Source of the DNA: Porphyridium purpureum
Taxonomy: Eukaryota
Assembly: GCA_008690995.1 (NCBI GenBank)
Contig: VRMN01000018.1
Coordinates: forward strand, 124,001 to 188,000
Direction of reading: 5' to 3'
DNA length: 64,000 bases
The notes under the pieces were generated by a model. It saw only the letters and a list, made by a program, of their open reading frames with translations, was not told the DNA's origin and searched no databases. Made by a program: the position numbers and the translations under genes. This document shows positions 29,250 through 39,764 of the stretch, in pieces (the first letter of the stretch is position 1; the number at the start of each line of letters is the position of its first letter).

Positions 29250-31757
29250 TTACATCACATCGCTGCTACTTTTCCGCGGCTGGCCTGCCGCTCTAGTGTT
29301 CGGCACTTTGCGATTGCAGCGACTTCGCGCTATTCTAGCTGCTGCCAACCGTTCGCGAATTTGGTCTGCTGTTTGACCGTCTCCGGAATACGCACTCCCG
29401 AGTCGCTGTTTCATGCTTTCAAGCTCATGCCCATGCACACCTGGCGTGCGTAAAACCGTTCGAACAGTACCATTGTTCTGATCAAAAGCCGCACTTTGAC
29501 AAGGTGCATTTGCAAGCACTATGTCCTCCTTCTCATCCGCAGACCTGCGGGATGTCACAATGCGAGCCACCACCAAACGCTTACGAATAAGCGTCACTTT
29601 GTTTCTAATTTCTTCCACCGTACGCGCTCTCTTCACACGTCGATCTGGTGGAATCTCGAACGGTCGCATCATGCCTGCATCACTATCAGTGGCGCCATCT
29701 GTGTGCAATTCATCAGCCTCGAAATTTTGTGTTGAAAGGTCGACGGTGTTCGCCGACTTTTCACTTTTGACTTCTAAATCCACGCACCGCAGGTAGTCTT
29801 CCATGTAGGCAAGCATTTCGTTGACCACGTGGATGGGGAGCAATGCACTGTCGGCGTGGCCGCCGCCGTTCCTAGCCCGCATCGCATCCAGTATAACCTT
29901 TCCAAGCACAGAATAAGAAACGTCATCGGCAGCCGACAAGCCGCTGCCTTTTGATATCTGCAACGCTCGAAACAAGCAGACGGCCTCTTCAAATCGCTCC
30001 ACTGCACTCAGCACCGACATGTACGCATTCGTTACCGACGCATGAGCGACATGCTTGTGCGAAAACGCGTCAAAAAGTTGGGAACAAATGTCAAGGCGAC
30101 CGAGTCGGCCAAATGACCGGATGAAATTTGTCGTCAAATAGGACGCACATTTGGCGTTCAATGCATCACCAATATCTCCACCAAAGACGAGCGCCAGCAG
30201 AGATGACACGCGGTCCTCCTTGACGCTCTGCTCGATCAGCGCCTCGTACGCAAATGCGTATAACAAGCCGGACTCATGGACTCCTTCTTGTGTCGAATCT
30301 GCGCATAGTGCTTCAAAATGACATTCCTGGACCACTCGCAAAGCCACATCAAGACGCCCAGCTTGACAGGCGAGGTACGTCATGTAACTTGCTAAAATGT
30401 TATCGTCAATCTTCCAGTGATCAAACACGAGCTGCGCACAAGCCCCTGCTTCCTTTTCACGCGCCGTGAGGCGGCCCTCCAGGACGCTAGCGTATAGTGC
30501 ATGAAAATAGGCTCGCAGAAGGCGCAGCCGGTTCCGCTCGGCTGAGCAAAGGAACTTCGTACTGGTTAGAATCTCGCTCAATCGAAAAAGTCGATCATCA
30601 AGCGGCTGTTTGGCGGTTACAGCAGACATACTGGCCTGGACGTATTCGCGCAGCTGTCGTTCATGCAGAACGTAGCCTAGTCGACAGATGTGACGCATAT
30701 GAGCACGTGCTGCGGCAAAGTCAGACGCGCGGATGCAAGCTGACACCAGTAAGTGCAGCGCGTACGTGTCTGGGGTGATGCCGAGTTTCTTGTACTGGCG
30801 CGCAATCCACTTGGCCTCAACGTCATCGCATGTGATGACACAGATCCAGATTCCCTGACTGAGTACATTTTCAACCAGATCCGTCGGAGCCACTGCGGCC
30901 AGAGCAGTCATGCGATGCTTTTTCCAGGTCTCAACCGCAGCCTCAGTCTTCCGTCGGCGCATAAAAAATTTCACAAGTGCATAGAAGGTGGAGACGTCTG
31001 GCGCGGAATCATGCCCTGTCGGTATGTCATGGTCGATTTCGTCGGTAAAAGATAGCAGCTGCGAAGGCATCTGATCTTCGCGCTGGCTGAATTGCAGCTC
31101 GATCATACGATTCAGCGCAAGAATCATGTTCACTTTGCGAGGCGTATGCTGAGCCAGAGCGAGAAAATGCATCATGACGCGCCAGTTGAGCGAAACATTG
31201 TACGCGCGTGCACGCTGCAGCATGCGCAAGGCAAAAGCCAGTCTCACACGTGGTGGCGCACGGGGCATGCGCCTGGCTAGTCTGAGCGACAAGTCCAAAG
31301 TCGCTCCATCAAACGGTGTGTCGGCACTATCCAACAGCTCCACCAGTTTGCCATGTGCATTCGCCACATCGGTAGCGGTCATGGACGCATAACCTGTAAG
31401 GGCCAACTTGAGACTCATGTTGATTTCCTTCGTGGAGAAAAACGACCCAAGACCGTGCACGCTGCGCCGTGTCAACGTAGTACCTTGGCTCATCCTGTCG
31501 AGCGTTCGAGCTCCAAGATCGTGGTGGGGCCGCATCGCAGAAAAGCAACTGAAACAGTTCCACCCCCATCGGCAGTCTTCAGAGGAACCAGGAAAGCCAC
31601 GTGCACGTCTACCCGTCGACATCGCCAGCGCAGGCAGGCACAAGCGGAACGCGTTCATCCTTCCCGCCATGGGTCGCCATCGGTGAGGTTTCACTCGGTT
31701 GAGCGTCGGACTGTGCCTCGCTTTCGACGCCACTTCAGTGAAGCGGCTTTGTGCGGC
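29250..31757 (-). CDS. Pentatricopeptide-repeat (PPR) protein, main exon (first in-exon ATG 31670; probable upstream exons to 32528)
   Basis: PPR-like units PDVSTFYALVKFF..., TPDTYALHLLVSACIRASDFAAA..., VTNAYMSVLSAVERFEEAVCLF..., DDVSYSVLG. Confidence 0.75.
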   Translation of the reverse strand, partial: AAQSRFTEVASKARHSPTLNRVKPHRWRPMAGRMNAFRLCLPALAMSTGRRARGFPGSSEDCRWGWNCFSCFSAMRPHHDLGARTLDRMSQGTTLTRRSVHGLGSFFSTKEINMSLKLALTGYASMTATDVANAHGKLVELLDSADTPFDGATLDLSLRLARRMPRAPPRVRLAFALRMLQRARAYNVSLNWRVMMHFLALAQHTPRKVNMILALNRMIELQFSQREDQMPSQLLSFTDEIDHDIPTGHDSAPDVSTFYALVKFFMRRRKTEAAVETWKKHRMTALAAVAPTDLVENVLSQGIWICVITCDDVEAKWIARQYKKLGITPDTYALHLLVSACIRASDFAAARAHMRHICRLGYVLHERQLREYVQASMSAVTAKQPLDDRLFRLSEILTSTKFLCSAERNRLRLLRAYFHALYASVLEGRLTAREKEAGACAQLVFDHWKIDDNILASYMTYLACQAGRLDVALRVVQECHFEALCADSTQEGVHESGLLYAFAYEALIEQSVKEDRVSSLLALVFGGDIGDALNAKCASYLTTNFIRSFGRLGRLDICSQLFDAFSHKHVAHASVTNAYMSVLSAVERFEEAVCLFRALQISKGSGLSAADDVSYSVLGKVILDAMRARNGGGHADSALLPIHVVNEMLAYMEDYLRCVDLEVKSEKSANTVDLSTQNFEADELHTDGATDSDAGMMRPFEIPPDRRVKRARTVEEIRNKVTLIRKRLVVARIVTSRRSADEKEDIVLANAPCQSAAFDQNNGTVRTVLRTPGVHGHELESMKQRLGSAYSGDGQTADQIRERLAAARIARSRCNRKVPNTRAAGQPRKSSSDVM

Positions 31758-32968
31758 CTGAAGGCACGCGCGCGCTCACTTCCGTGGCGGTTTCGCTGCC
31801 TCTGTCGGCCCTTGGTGTTCTCTTCTCTTTCGTGGAAACTCTCCGCGGCGGTTTGACGGTTAACGCCGTGAAGGTCGCATTGGCTTACGTGCAGCGTGCA
31901 GAAGAAGAGATACATATCACTGTGGACAGGGAGCTGGTGGAATTGGCACGTTGGCTCGTGCACGTTAGCTAGGGATGCTGCTGACTCGGAAATTACCCCG
32001 TCGCGCTCGTGGCGGGAAGTCGCTTGGCGCGCTTACCCGGACGCACGTTCTGGTCACCGATCCTGTTGTGTGCAAGAACGTGCTCAACTTGCCAAGGGCC
32101 TCAACCTCCTGGATAGCACATTTGATGAGGCCCTGCGTGAGTTGCGAGCGTCAACAGACCAGAATAATGCCTGGATCAAATTTTCGATGCGAATTCTCAG
32201 TCCACCTAGAGCGAACTCGTGAGCATGGAACCTCATGAGAAACACGTCTCGTTCATGTGTGCGCGCCATTTCGCGAATCTGAACCAATGCGACGTAGCGG
32301 TTGCGCGTGAACGTACAAGGCCTCCGAATCGGCGGGGGATGACCGACGCCCAGACCCCGCGCACACCACTCTTTGAATGCGCCACAAACCGACACTTACC
32401 CGACAAGCGACGGCGCCGATGCGCTGCCTACCGATGCGACCACCACGCGGCGGCTGCGGCGGCTGGACCAGGCGCGGACGCCGCGACATTCCCGTCACGA
32501 GCACTTCCGCGACGCACGACACGAACATATCGTGCCGACGTGCGACCGCCTGCTCATCGGCGAGTCCACGCACGCCGCGGAATCGGCCTCATCGCATCTG
32601 GCTTGCCGCTCGCCCGCACCCTGGCTCGCCACCACGTTCACGAACCGGTTCACCGGTTTAAACGGTTTATTAGACCGCGAGTCGAAAGAGTAGAGGTACA
32701 GTCTGTCGTTACGGTACGGTGGTGATTTTTTGAATAGAATCGGCAGAGGTACAGTTACAACGGATACGAGTCCGTTAAAAAAAAACCGGCGCGGTTGAAG
32801 CGAGCCGGAAAGGTGCGAGAGGGAAGAGAGGGAAGAGAGAGCGAGAGAGAGAGAGAAAGAGGATGAAGTGACGGCGGTGGTGGTGAGTTGTAAGGGACGT
32901 GGGTTGGGAACAAAGGAAGGTGGGGAGGGTGAGTGGAATAGGAAGTTGGGCCAGAACGCGCAGGCAGC

Positions 32969-33523
32969 ATGGGCGAGGCGGTGGGAGACTTTGGCCTGAT
33001 CGGGCTGGCGGTGATGGGGCAGAATCTGGTGCTGAACATGAACGACCATGGGTTCACGGTGGTCGTGTTCAACCGCACCGTGTCCAAGGTGGACGCGTTT
33101 CTGGATAACGAGGCAAAGGGCACGCAGGTGGTGGGCGCGCACTCGATCGCAGAGTTCTGCGCAAAGCTCAAGCGCCCGCGCCGCTGCATGCTGCTTGTCA
33201 AGGCGGGCTCGGCCGTCGACGACTTTATCGAGCTGTTGCTGCCGCACCTGGAGCAGGGCGACGTCATCATCGACGGAGGGAACTCGAACTATAACGACTC
33301 GGAGCGTAGGACTAAGTACGTGGAGAGCAAGGGTCTGTTGTTTGTTGGCACGGGCGTATCGGGTGGTGAGGAAGGCGCGCGGTACGGCCCGTCGCTCATG
33401 CCCGGCGGCAGCGCCGCCGCGTGGCCGACAATCCAGAGTATTTTCCAGAGCGTAGCGGCCAAGTCGGACGACGAGCCGTGCTGTGACTGGGTCGGCGACG
33501 GCGGCGCGGGTCACTATGTGAAG

Positions 33524-33564
<41 letters not shown>

Positions 33565-34426
33565 TTGCGAGGCTTACTCGCTGCTGAAGAATGTCGCGGG
33601 CTGCTCGCATGAGGAGATCGCGTCCATCTTTGCGGAATGGAACAAGACAGAGCTTGACTCGTACCTCATTGAGATCACCGCAAACATCTTGGCGCACAAG
33701 GACGAAGATGGCTCGCCGATGGTCGACAAGATTCTCGACAAGGCAGGCCAGAAAGGCACGGGCAAGTGGACGGTCGAGTCATCGCTAGACAATGCCGTGC
33801 CAGTTACGCTGATCGCCGAGGCCGTGTTTGCGCGCCAGCTCTCAGCCATGAAAGACGAGCGCGTCGCGGCGTCGAGCCAGCTGGCTGGGCCCAAGGCCGC
33901 GTACAAGATCGGCAACAAGGACGAGTACATTGAGTCAGTGCGTCAAGCGCTGTACGCCTCGAAAATCTGCTCGTACGCGCAGGGATACATGTTGCTGCGT
34001 GAGGCTGCCAAGGAATATTCCTGGAAGCTGAACCTGCCAGCCATTGCGCTCATGTGGCGTGGCGGCTGCATCATCCGCAGCAAGTTCCTGGCCAACATTC
34101 GTGACGCATTCACGAACAAGCCGGACCTGCTCAACCTGCTGCTGGATGACTTTTTCAAGCAAGCCGTGGACAAGGCTCAGTCTGGCTGGCGTGAAGCGGT
34201 TGCTTCGGCTGCATATTCGGGCGTGCCCGTACCAGCTTTCTCTACGGCGCTGAGTTTCTACGACGGATACAGGACCGCGGTGCTTCCAGCGAATATCCTA
34301 CAGGCGCAGCGTGATTACTTTGGCGCGCACATGTACGAGCGAACGGACAAGCCGCGCGGTGAGTGGTTCCACACCAACTGGACTGGCACCGGAGGAAACA
34401 TCACGTCTTCCACGTACAATGCGTAA
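32969..34426 (+). CDS. gnd: 6-phosphogluconate dehydrogenase, decarboxylating (cytosolic; no leader)
   Basis: GLIGLAVMGQNL, IDGGNS, GVSGGEEGAR, VKMVHNGIEYGDMQ, QKGTGKW, AQRDYFGAH. Confidence 0.98.
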
Positions 34427-34620
34427 AACGATTGTGAAGAAATAGATGACTTCGAGACTGGGCCACGGGCCTTGTCGGAAAGACCGTTTCTCGAATCGAG
34501 CCGTGCTCATGGTAATAAGTAGCTCATCCGTTCAGGCTTCCCTTTTTGTATGTCAAATCCACTATCAATAGAAGGACAAGGTAAACAAGTGAAAGCGAGT
34601 CCAATTCGACGACTCGCCAA

Positions 34621-35622
34621 CTACGGTCGGTACGAAGCATGAGCCTGCTCTTCGGTCCTCTGTACCTGCTTCCACTTGGCAGCAAAGACATCGCCCGCTC
34701 GGTGTCCGCCTTGCGCCACCCAGGATTCATACCCATTCAATGGTTGCACGTCACGACCACTCTGGTCTCTGTACAAGCCCGTCTTGCGCTTCTCATGGTC
34801 CTCCGCATAAGGCCAGCCGGGCACGATGGAGTTTGGCTCTGGATACAAAAAGTACACCACCGACAAGCGCGTTTGCGTCGCGAGATTCACCCGGTGAACG
34901 GGAGAATGAGTCTTGCCCTGCGAGACGGCTTCGGCAAAGTCACCGACCAGAACCAGAAATTCAGCCGCGTCGGGCGCACATTCGCACGCCATCCAGGTCT
35001 GCGTGTGCCTATCGAGCAGCTGCAAATCGGCCATGCGGGAGCCGCAGATCAACGTGAGAAGATTCCAGTCCGTATGTGGACCGTTGCCCGTCACACTTGT
35101 CGGCTGCGATGATGACGAGGTCCCAAGATACCGAAATGTTTTGCAGAACGAAACCGACGAGTCCCCTCGCAGGTCCGCGAGCGTGCCAGACTTGCGGAGA
35201 CATGACTCGATCCAAGCGGCCAGCGCACAAGCCACGTGAGCCACGTCTCTGAGGTACTCCGTATAGACGCCGCGGTTCTGCGTCGGCAGAAATCGATCTG
35301 GCTCTTGCAGGTAAGGAGCTACAGCCGCTCGGCTATCGGCCCAGTTCCCATGAAACGAAAAGGACTCTCTGTTTTCAAACTGTTCGGCGGATGCCGAGGC
35401 GTCCCCGGCTTGCTCGTATCCAACGATACCTTGCTGCGAGCGGAGTGTGTGCTTGACATGGCTGGGCTCCGCAAAGAACCGCGACAACTCTTCCAACAAA
35501 GCCAACGCTTTCGCCGTCAAGTGTGGGACGTCTGTGAGAATGAACGCACCCGTGCACTGGAGCGCCGTAAGCAAGTCGGCATCCTCATGTGCCTGCACGG
35601 CGTGCCAAGAAAAGCGCTGCAT
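34621..35622 (-). CDS. 2-oxoglutarate/Fe(II)-dependent oxygenase (IPNS-like family)
   Basis: HTD (HxD), distal H in SPVHRV, RLS (RxS); first ATG at 35622. Confidence 0.88.
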   Translation of the reverse strand: MQRFSWHAVQAHEDADLLTALQCTGAFILTDVPHLTAKALALLEELSRFFAEPSHVKHTLRSQQGIVGYEQAGDASASAEQFENRESFSFHGNWADSRAAVAPYLQEPDRFLPTQNRGVYTEYLRDVAHVACALAAWIESCLRKSGTLADLRGDSSVSFCKTFRYLGTSSSSQPTSVTGNGPHTDWNLLTLICGSRMADLQLLDRHTQTWMACECAPDAAEFLVLVGDFAEAVSQGKTHSPVHRVNLATQTRLSVVYFLYPEPNSIVPGWPYAEDHEKRKTGLYRDQSGRDVQPLNGYESWVAQGGHRAGDVFAAKWKQVQRTEEQAHASYRP

Positions 35623-36151
35623 TCCAAGCGCGCTGTAGCCGGCTTGCAAGGACCAGGCGCCTAGTGAGGCGAAGCTCGCGGTACAAAGGCTCGAACACGT
35701 CGGCGGACCAGGCACTCAAAATTCTGCTGTCCGACGGAACCGAAAGCGCGCAAAATACACTGGTCAGCAACACACAGAGAGCGGCTTCCGCAACTTGTTG
35801 TCGTTCATCTGTCACAAGAATCACGTACAAAAAGGTGTCTAAAATCGCTCGCGCCACGGCGCCTCGGCGTACCGTGTCGTGCTCCTGCTCAAAATCTCGC
35901 AAATATCCCAGCGCTAGTGTTGAACATAGTTTGCCGGCGCGTGCGTCTGACAGGAGCAACGCAACCGACTCGCCGCCCCATGCAGCGTCAGATTTGGCAC
36001 CAGCGCCACCGCGCGCTCCTCTGCTGCGCGAAACGTGAATCTCCGGACCAGGAGACTCCTCGTCAACTTTGACTCGCTGGCTCAGCGTAAGCGCATCAAG
36101 AGCGTCTCGCGAGCGCGGGAATTGTGTGATCTGCCTGCTGGCTTGCTCCAT
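35585..36151 (-). CDS. Hypothetical helical protein (188 aa) whose 3' end overlaps the 2OG oxygenase start
   Basis: ATG-initiated 188-aa ORF with Leu/Ala-rich amphipathic helices; no family recognised. Confidence 0.5.
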   Translation of the reverse strand: MEQASRQITQFPRSRDALDALTLSQRVKVDEESPGPEIHVSRSRGARGGAGAKSDAAWGGESVALLLSDARAGKLCSTLALGYLRDFEQEHDTVRRGAVARAILDTFLYVILVTDERQQVAEAALCVLLTSVFCALSVPSDSRILSAWSADVFEPLYRELRLTRRLVLASRLQRAWNAALFLARRAGT

Positions 36152-36793
36152 GTGCGAGGTGCAGAAAGCAAAGTGTCCCTATCGTGACAAAAAAAAAGAG
36201 GAGACTCTGCGTCTTCGCGCATGGGAAGAACCGGAAAAGGCCACAGGGAGTGCACGTCTGCTGGAGATGGTGGGCTGCCCGTACGTCGATGCATCTGGTC
36301 CGAAAAAAACAAAAAACACCGCGTTTTATTGCATTCTCGGAGCTTATCAGTAAAGTTGTCCCTGCCTTCCACAACTAGCGATTCATTCACGAGACCAACG
36401 TCGACCTGACAGACTAGTGACCACGACCCACGCAGGCCGAGGGAGTAACAAGTGGTTGCACTGCTATCGGCGGCAAATGGAGAAGAAGGAAGCAAGATGA
36501 AAGAAAAAGAAAATGAAGGAACTGAACGATCACGCCACGCCAGCTTTAATCTCATTCGAGGCCGGCCTTTTGGGACTGGTCTCAAGAAGCAACGAGATCA
36601 CACCGCGCGACGGAGTGCTCACTCTCCACGTTTGGGAAACTCCCCCCAAGAGAAAGTAAAATCAAACAAAGCGCACTATCACAGCAGTCCATTCCCCCAG
36701 CCCGCCACGTCGGCTCGTCGGCACGATCCACGCTAGACGCGGATCGTGCTCGCCCACGTGACCATGGGAGCCTGTCCCAAACGTGCAGAGCGC

Positions 36794-37234
36794 TTAGAAC
36801 GAGTTCTCGAACATGTAGTCAGCGACCTTGCCCATCTCCATGTTTGCCTTGTTGAAGGAGGCGCCGTTGCTGTACGCCGGATCGTGGCAGCCGATGATCA
36901 GGGCCTGGGCGGTGCGGTAGATGATGATACCCTGGGCGCTCTTGCCCTCCTCCTTGCAGCGTCCCTGCAGGGTTGGCACACCGCCATCGTCGTCGTCGAC
37001 CTCAGCGCGCGTGAACGCGTACTGCTGGCCGGCCACCTTGAATCCGCCCGAGCTGAGCTGCGTGTTGATTGTGTCTGCGTCTCCGCCCAGCAGCTGCGCC
37101 AACCGCGCGGCCTCATCCGGCAGCACCGTGTACCCGGGCGACGCCGCCCACGTCGATCCGTCGTGTCCGACGATCGCCGCGTAGCAAAAGCCTGCGCCCA
37201 GCAGGTTCTGGTCCACGTACGTCTGCCACGACAT
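36794..37234 (-). CDS. Profilin
   Basis: MSWQTYVDQNL...AAIVGHDGSTWAAS..., C-terminal MGKVADYM; ATG at 37234. Confidence 0.95.
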   Translation of the reverse strand: MSWQTYVDQNLLGAGFCYAAIVGHDGSTWAASPGYTVLPDEAARLAQLLGGDADTINTQLSSGGFKVAGQQYAFTRAEVDDDDGGVPTLQGRCKEEGKSAQGIIIYRTAQALIIGCHDPAYSNGASFNKANMEMGKVADYMFENSF

Positions 37235-38414
37235 CTTTCCTCTTCCTCCTCCTTCCCTCCTGCACACACACCCTCACTCCCCGTCTCGATCCTTCTCCTT
37301 CTCTCCTCTCTCCCTCTCTCTCTCACTCTCTCAGTCTCTCTCAACCTGTTCCAGTCTGCTTCTCACCTACATAAAAGTCCTGATTCTCTTCTTGTTGCCG
37401 ACAGTCAAACACGCGCTGTACCTCCTGCCTACAGGTGCTTGCATCTCTCAGTCCAAAATCCCCGCCTGTTCATGTTTTTGCGCACGTTTGTTTCGGTCTC
37501 TTGCTTCCAATATCCGCACGAACGCTATCAAAACACCCCCCGATTCGCGGCTCTTCCCTGGATTGGGATCGCTGACACCACCATCATCACTTCACAACAT
37601 CACAAGATACGACCGCCTGCATATGCACATCACACTACCATCCTGCCACCGTCATTCTCACAAAGAACAAACAAGCAGGGGGGGCGTTGTGCGTCAATGT
37701 GTGTGAGAGTGCAGACTCAGCACGGCGGACATGTTCATAAGAAAAATACGCCATCGCACTAGTAAAGCGCAACAACGAAATCAGTGTGTGCTGTACTTAG
37801 CTGTACTCATGCGTCGCTTGTTGGCTTGTGGGCTGGCGGGCTGGCGGGCTGGCTTATAATAAAAACGCACGTGCGTGGTATGAAAACCAGCGTGGCGGTT
37901 TTGGTTTGGTATTTTGCTGCGTGGCATGAATGAGTTGCGTGGAAGAGGCGCAGATTCAGGAAAAGGGAACGATAACTGTACATGGGTGTACAGCTTGTCT
38001 GGTGCCGCTGCACGGCGTTCTATTTTTGGGGAGGAGGAAAGGGTTTTGGAGGGGTACAGGGGGTGAGGGAGGCGGGGTGGTGTCGGTCAGTGTTGTTGGG
38101 GTTTGCCGGGTTGGGTGGGTGGGACACGGCCCATGCTGCAGAGGTCGGTCGTCGCATTCAGTGCGCGCATCAGCGTCGTGGGTTGCACGCACCTGCACCC
38201 GTAACCGCACTCATACTCGCAGCGTTGTGGTTTGTCGGCACTCGCTCCGCCAGACACTTCAAGTCGGCGCCGCGCCCCGTGTAAAAAGGGCGGCCAGACG
38301 CAGGCTCGGGCCTGAGGCCTGTTTGGCGGGCGTGAGACGCTGCGAGACGGTGGAGACGTGTGCTCTAGCTTGAGGGGTCTCTGGTGCGCGCTCCGCGAAG
38401 AGTCGTGTCCGGTC

Positions 38415-39527
38415 ATGAACGTCGACCTCGAAGAGCAGCGGCAGAGGCTGCACGACATTGAGCAGGAGCGCCAGGACCGCGCGCTGGCCGAGGCGCTCGT
38501 ACAGCTGGAGGAGCAGCACCGTGGAGATGCTCAGGGCGGCACGGACGCGGCTGTGTCCAAGGGACGTGATGCGGGGACTACGGTGACCGACGCCATTTCG
38601 GCTGACGAGGCATACGCTGCCGACCTGCAGTACCAGGAGGACATGCTTGGCGCCGACATGTACCAAGAACGAGGCAGCTACTACGGCCCATCGACGCGAA
38701 AGCTGGCAAAGAGCAGGAAGGAGCTGCGCGCTGCTGACATGTACCGCGAAATGGTCGTCGAGGAACAAAGAAAGCAGGCCGGCGGCGCCAAACTTCGCGC
38801 TTCTTTGAAGAAGCTGCTTGGCGTTTCGAGCCGCGGTGAACGCGAGTCGGGCAGCAGCAGCAGCAAAGGCAACAGTACGCAGGCCAGGTATGCCGAGATT
38901 TTGAAGCAAAAGGATCGCGAGATACAAGAGGATCTTTGGGAGGAGCAGGAAGAGCTTGACCGCGTCCAGCGTGAGCAAGTTGACGAGCAGATGCGTAGAA
39001 ATGCGCTCAGGGGGCAGAGCTCGGAGTCTCATGAACCTTCGTCGTATAGTCTTGATATGAGAACGTCTCACTTGGCGGTGGCAGTGGACCCCATCCACGA
39101 ACAATATGCCGCGCGGCAGCGTGCGCAAGTGCTCGCCGAAGAAGTCGATCTCAGCTCGCTCATGCGCGCGGGCGAGGACGGCGAACTGTATCCCGTCGAC
39201 CCCAATGCCGCGGGCGGAGAGGATGATGAAGAGGTGGGCGGTGCCACGCAGGAGGAGATTGAGCAGCTGCCCGTTCGGCAGTACGTGCCGAAGCAGAACG
39301 GTAGCCGCAGTTCAGAAACGGCTGAAGATTCCTCTTCACAACCGACCTTGTCGTCTGGCGCGGGAGAAGAGCTGGGCACGCACAAGCAGTGCAGCATTTG
39401 CCTGACGGACTACGACGCCGGTGACACCATCCGCACGCTGAAATGCTTACACAACTACCACTCTGAGTGCGTGGACAGATGGCTCATTCAACGGCGGACG
39501 TGCCCTATTTGCAAGGACGCCATGTAA
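38415..39527 (+). CDS. RING-H2 E3 ubiquitin ligase with N-terminal ubiquitin-binding-like helices
   Basis: CSICLTDY...[16 protein letters not shown]...CPICK preceded by [24 protein letters not shown]. Confidence 0.9.
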   Translation: MNVDLEEQRQRLHDIEQERQDRALAEALVQLEEQHRGDAQGGTDAAVSKGRDAGTTVTDAISADEAYAADLQYQEDMLGADMYQERGSYYGPSTRKLAKSRKELRAADMYREMVVEEQRKQAGGAKLRASLKKLLGVSSRGERESGSSSSKGNSTQARYAEILKQKDREIQEDLWEEQEELDRVQREQVDEQMRRNALRGQSSESHEPSSYSLDMRTSHLAVAVDPIHEQYAARQRAQVLAEEVDLSSLMRAGEDGELYPVDPNAAGGEDDEEVGGATQEEIEQLPVRQYVPKQNGSRSSETAEDSSSQPTLSSGAGEELGTHKQCSICLTDYDAGDTIRTLKCLHNYHSECVDRWLIQRRTCPICKDAM

Positions 39528-39624
39528 AGCCCTTCTTGTTGTCTTTTCGAGCTCGGACTTTGGCCACGCCGATCGGTTGGACCTCTGCGAGCATGTAAAC
39601 ATGCGTGTGCGCGCGTGTGGGAGT

Positions 39625-39764
39625 GTGAATGTATGTATCAATGGGTAGGTCTATGCGTGAATGTATGTATCAATGGGTAGGTCTATGCGTGAATGTATGT
39701 ATCAATGGGTAGGTCTATGCGTGAATGTATGTATCAATGGGTAGGTCTATGCGTGAATGTATGT
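39625..39764 (+). repeat. Perfect 32-bp minisatellite (GTGAATGTATGTATCAATGGGTAGGTCTATGC) x4.4
   Basis: Identical units start at 39625, 39657, 39689 and 39721, with a partial unit at 39753; no spacers. Confidence 0.97.

Noticed and set aside
31751..32222. Plus-strand frameshifted ORF pair
   Set aside because: The first ORF has no ATG, and the region is better explained by minus-strand exons and introns of the PPR gene
32495..33697. 400-aa minus-strand ORF over gnd
   Set aside because: Antisense shadow caused by strong GC3 codon bias
39625..39764. 32-bp repeats as a CRISPR array
   Set aside because: Units are directly adjacent with no unique spacers, there are no cas genes, and the context is eukaryotic
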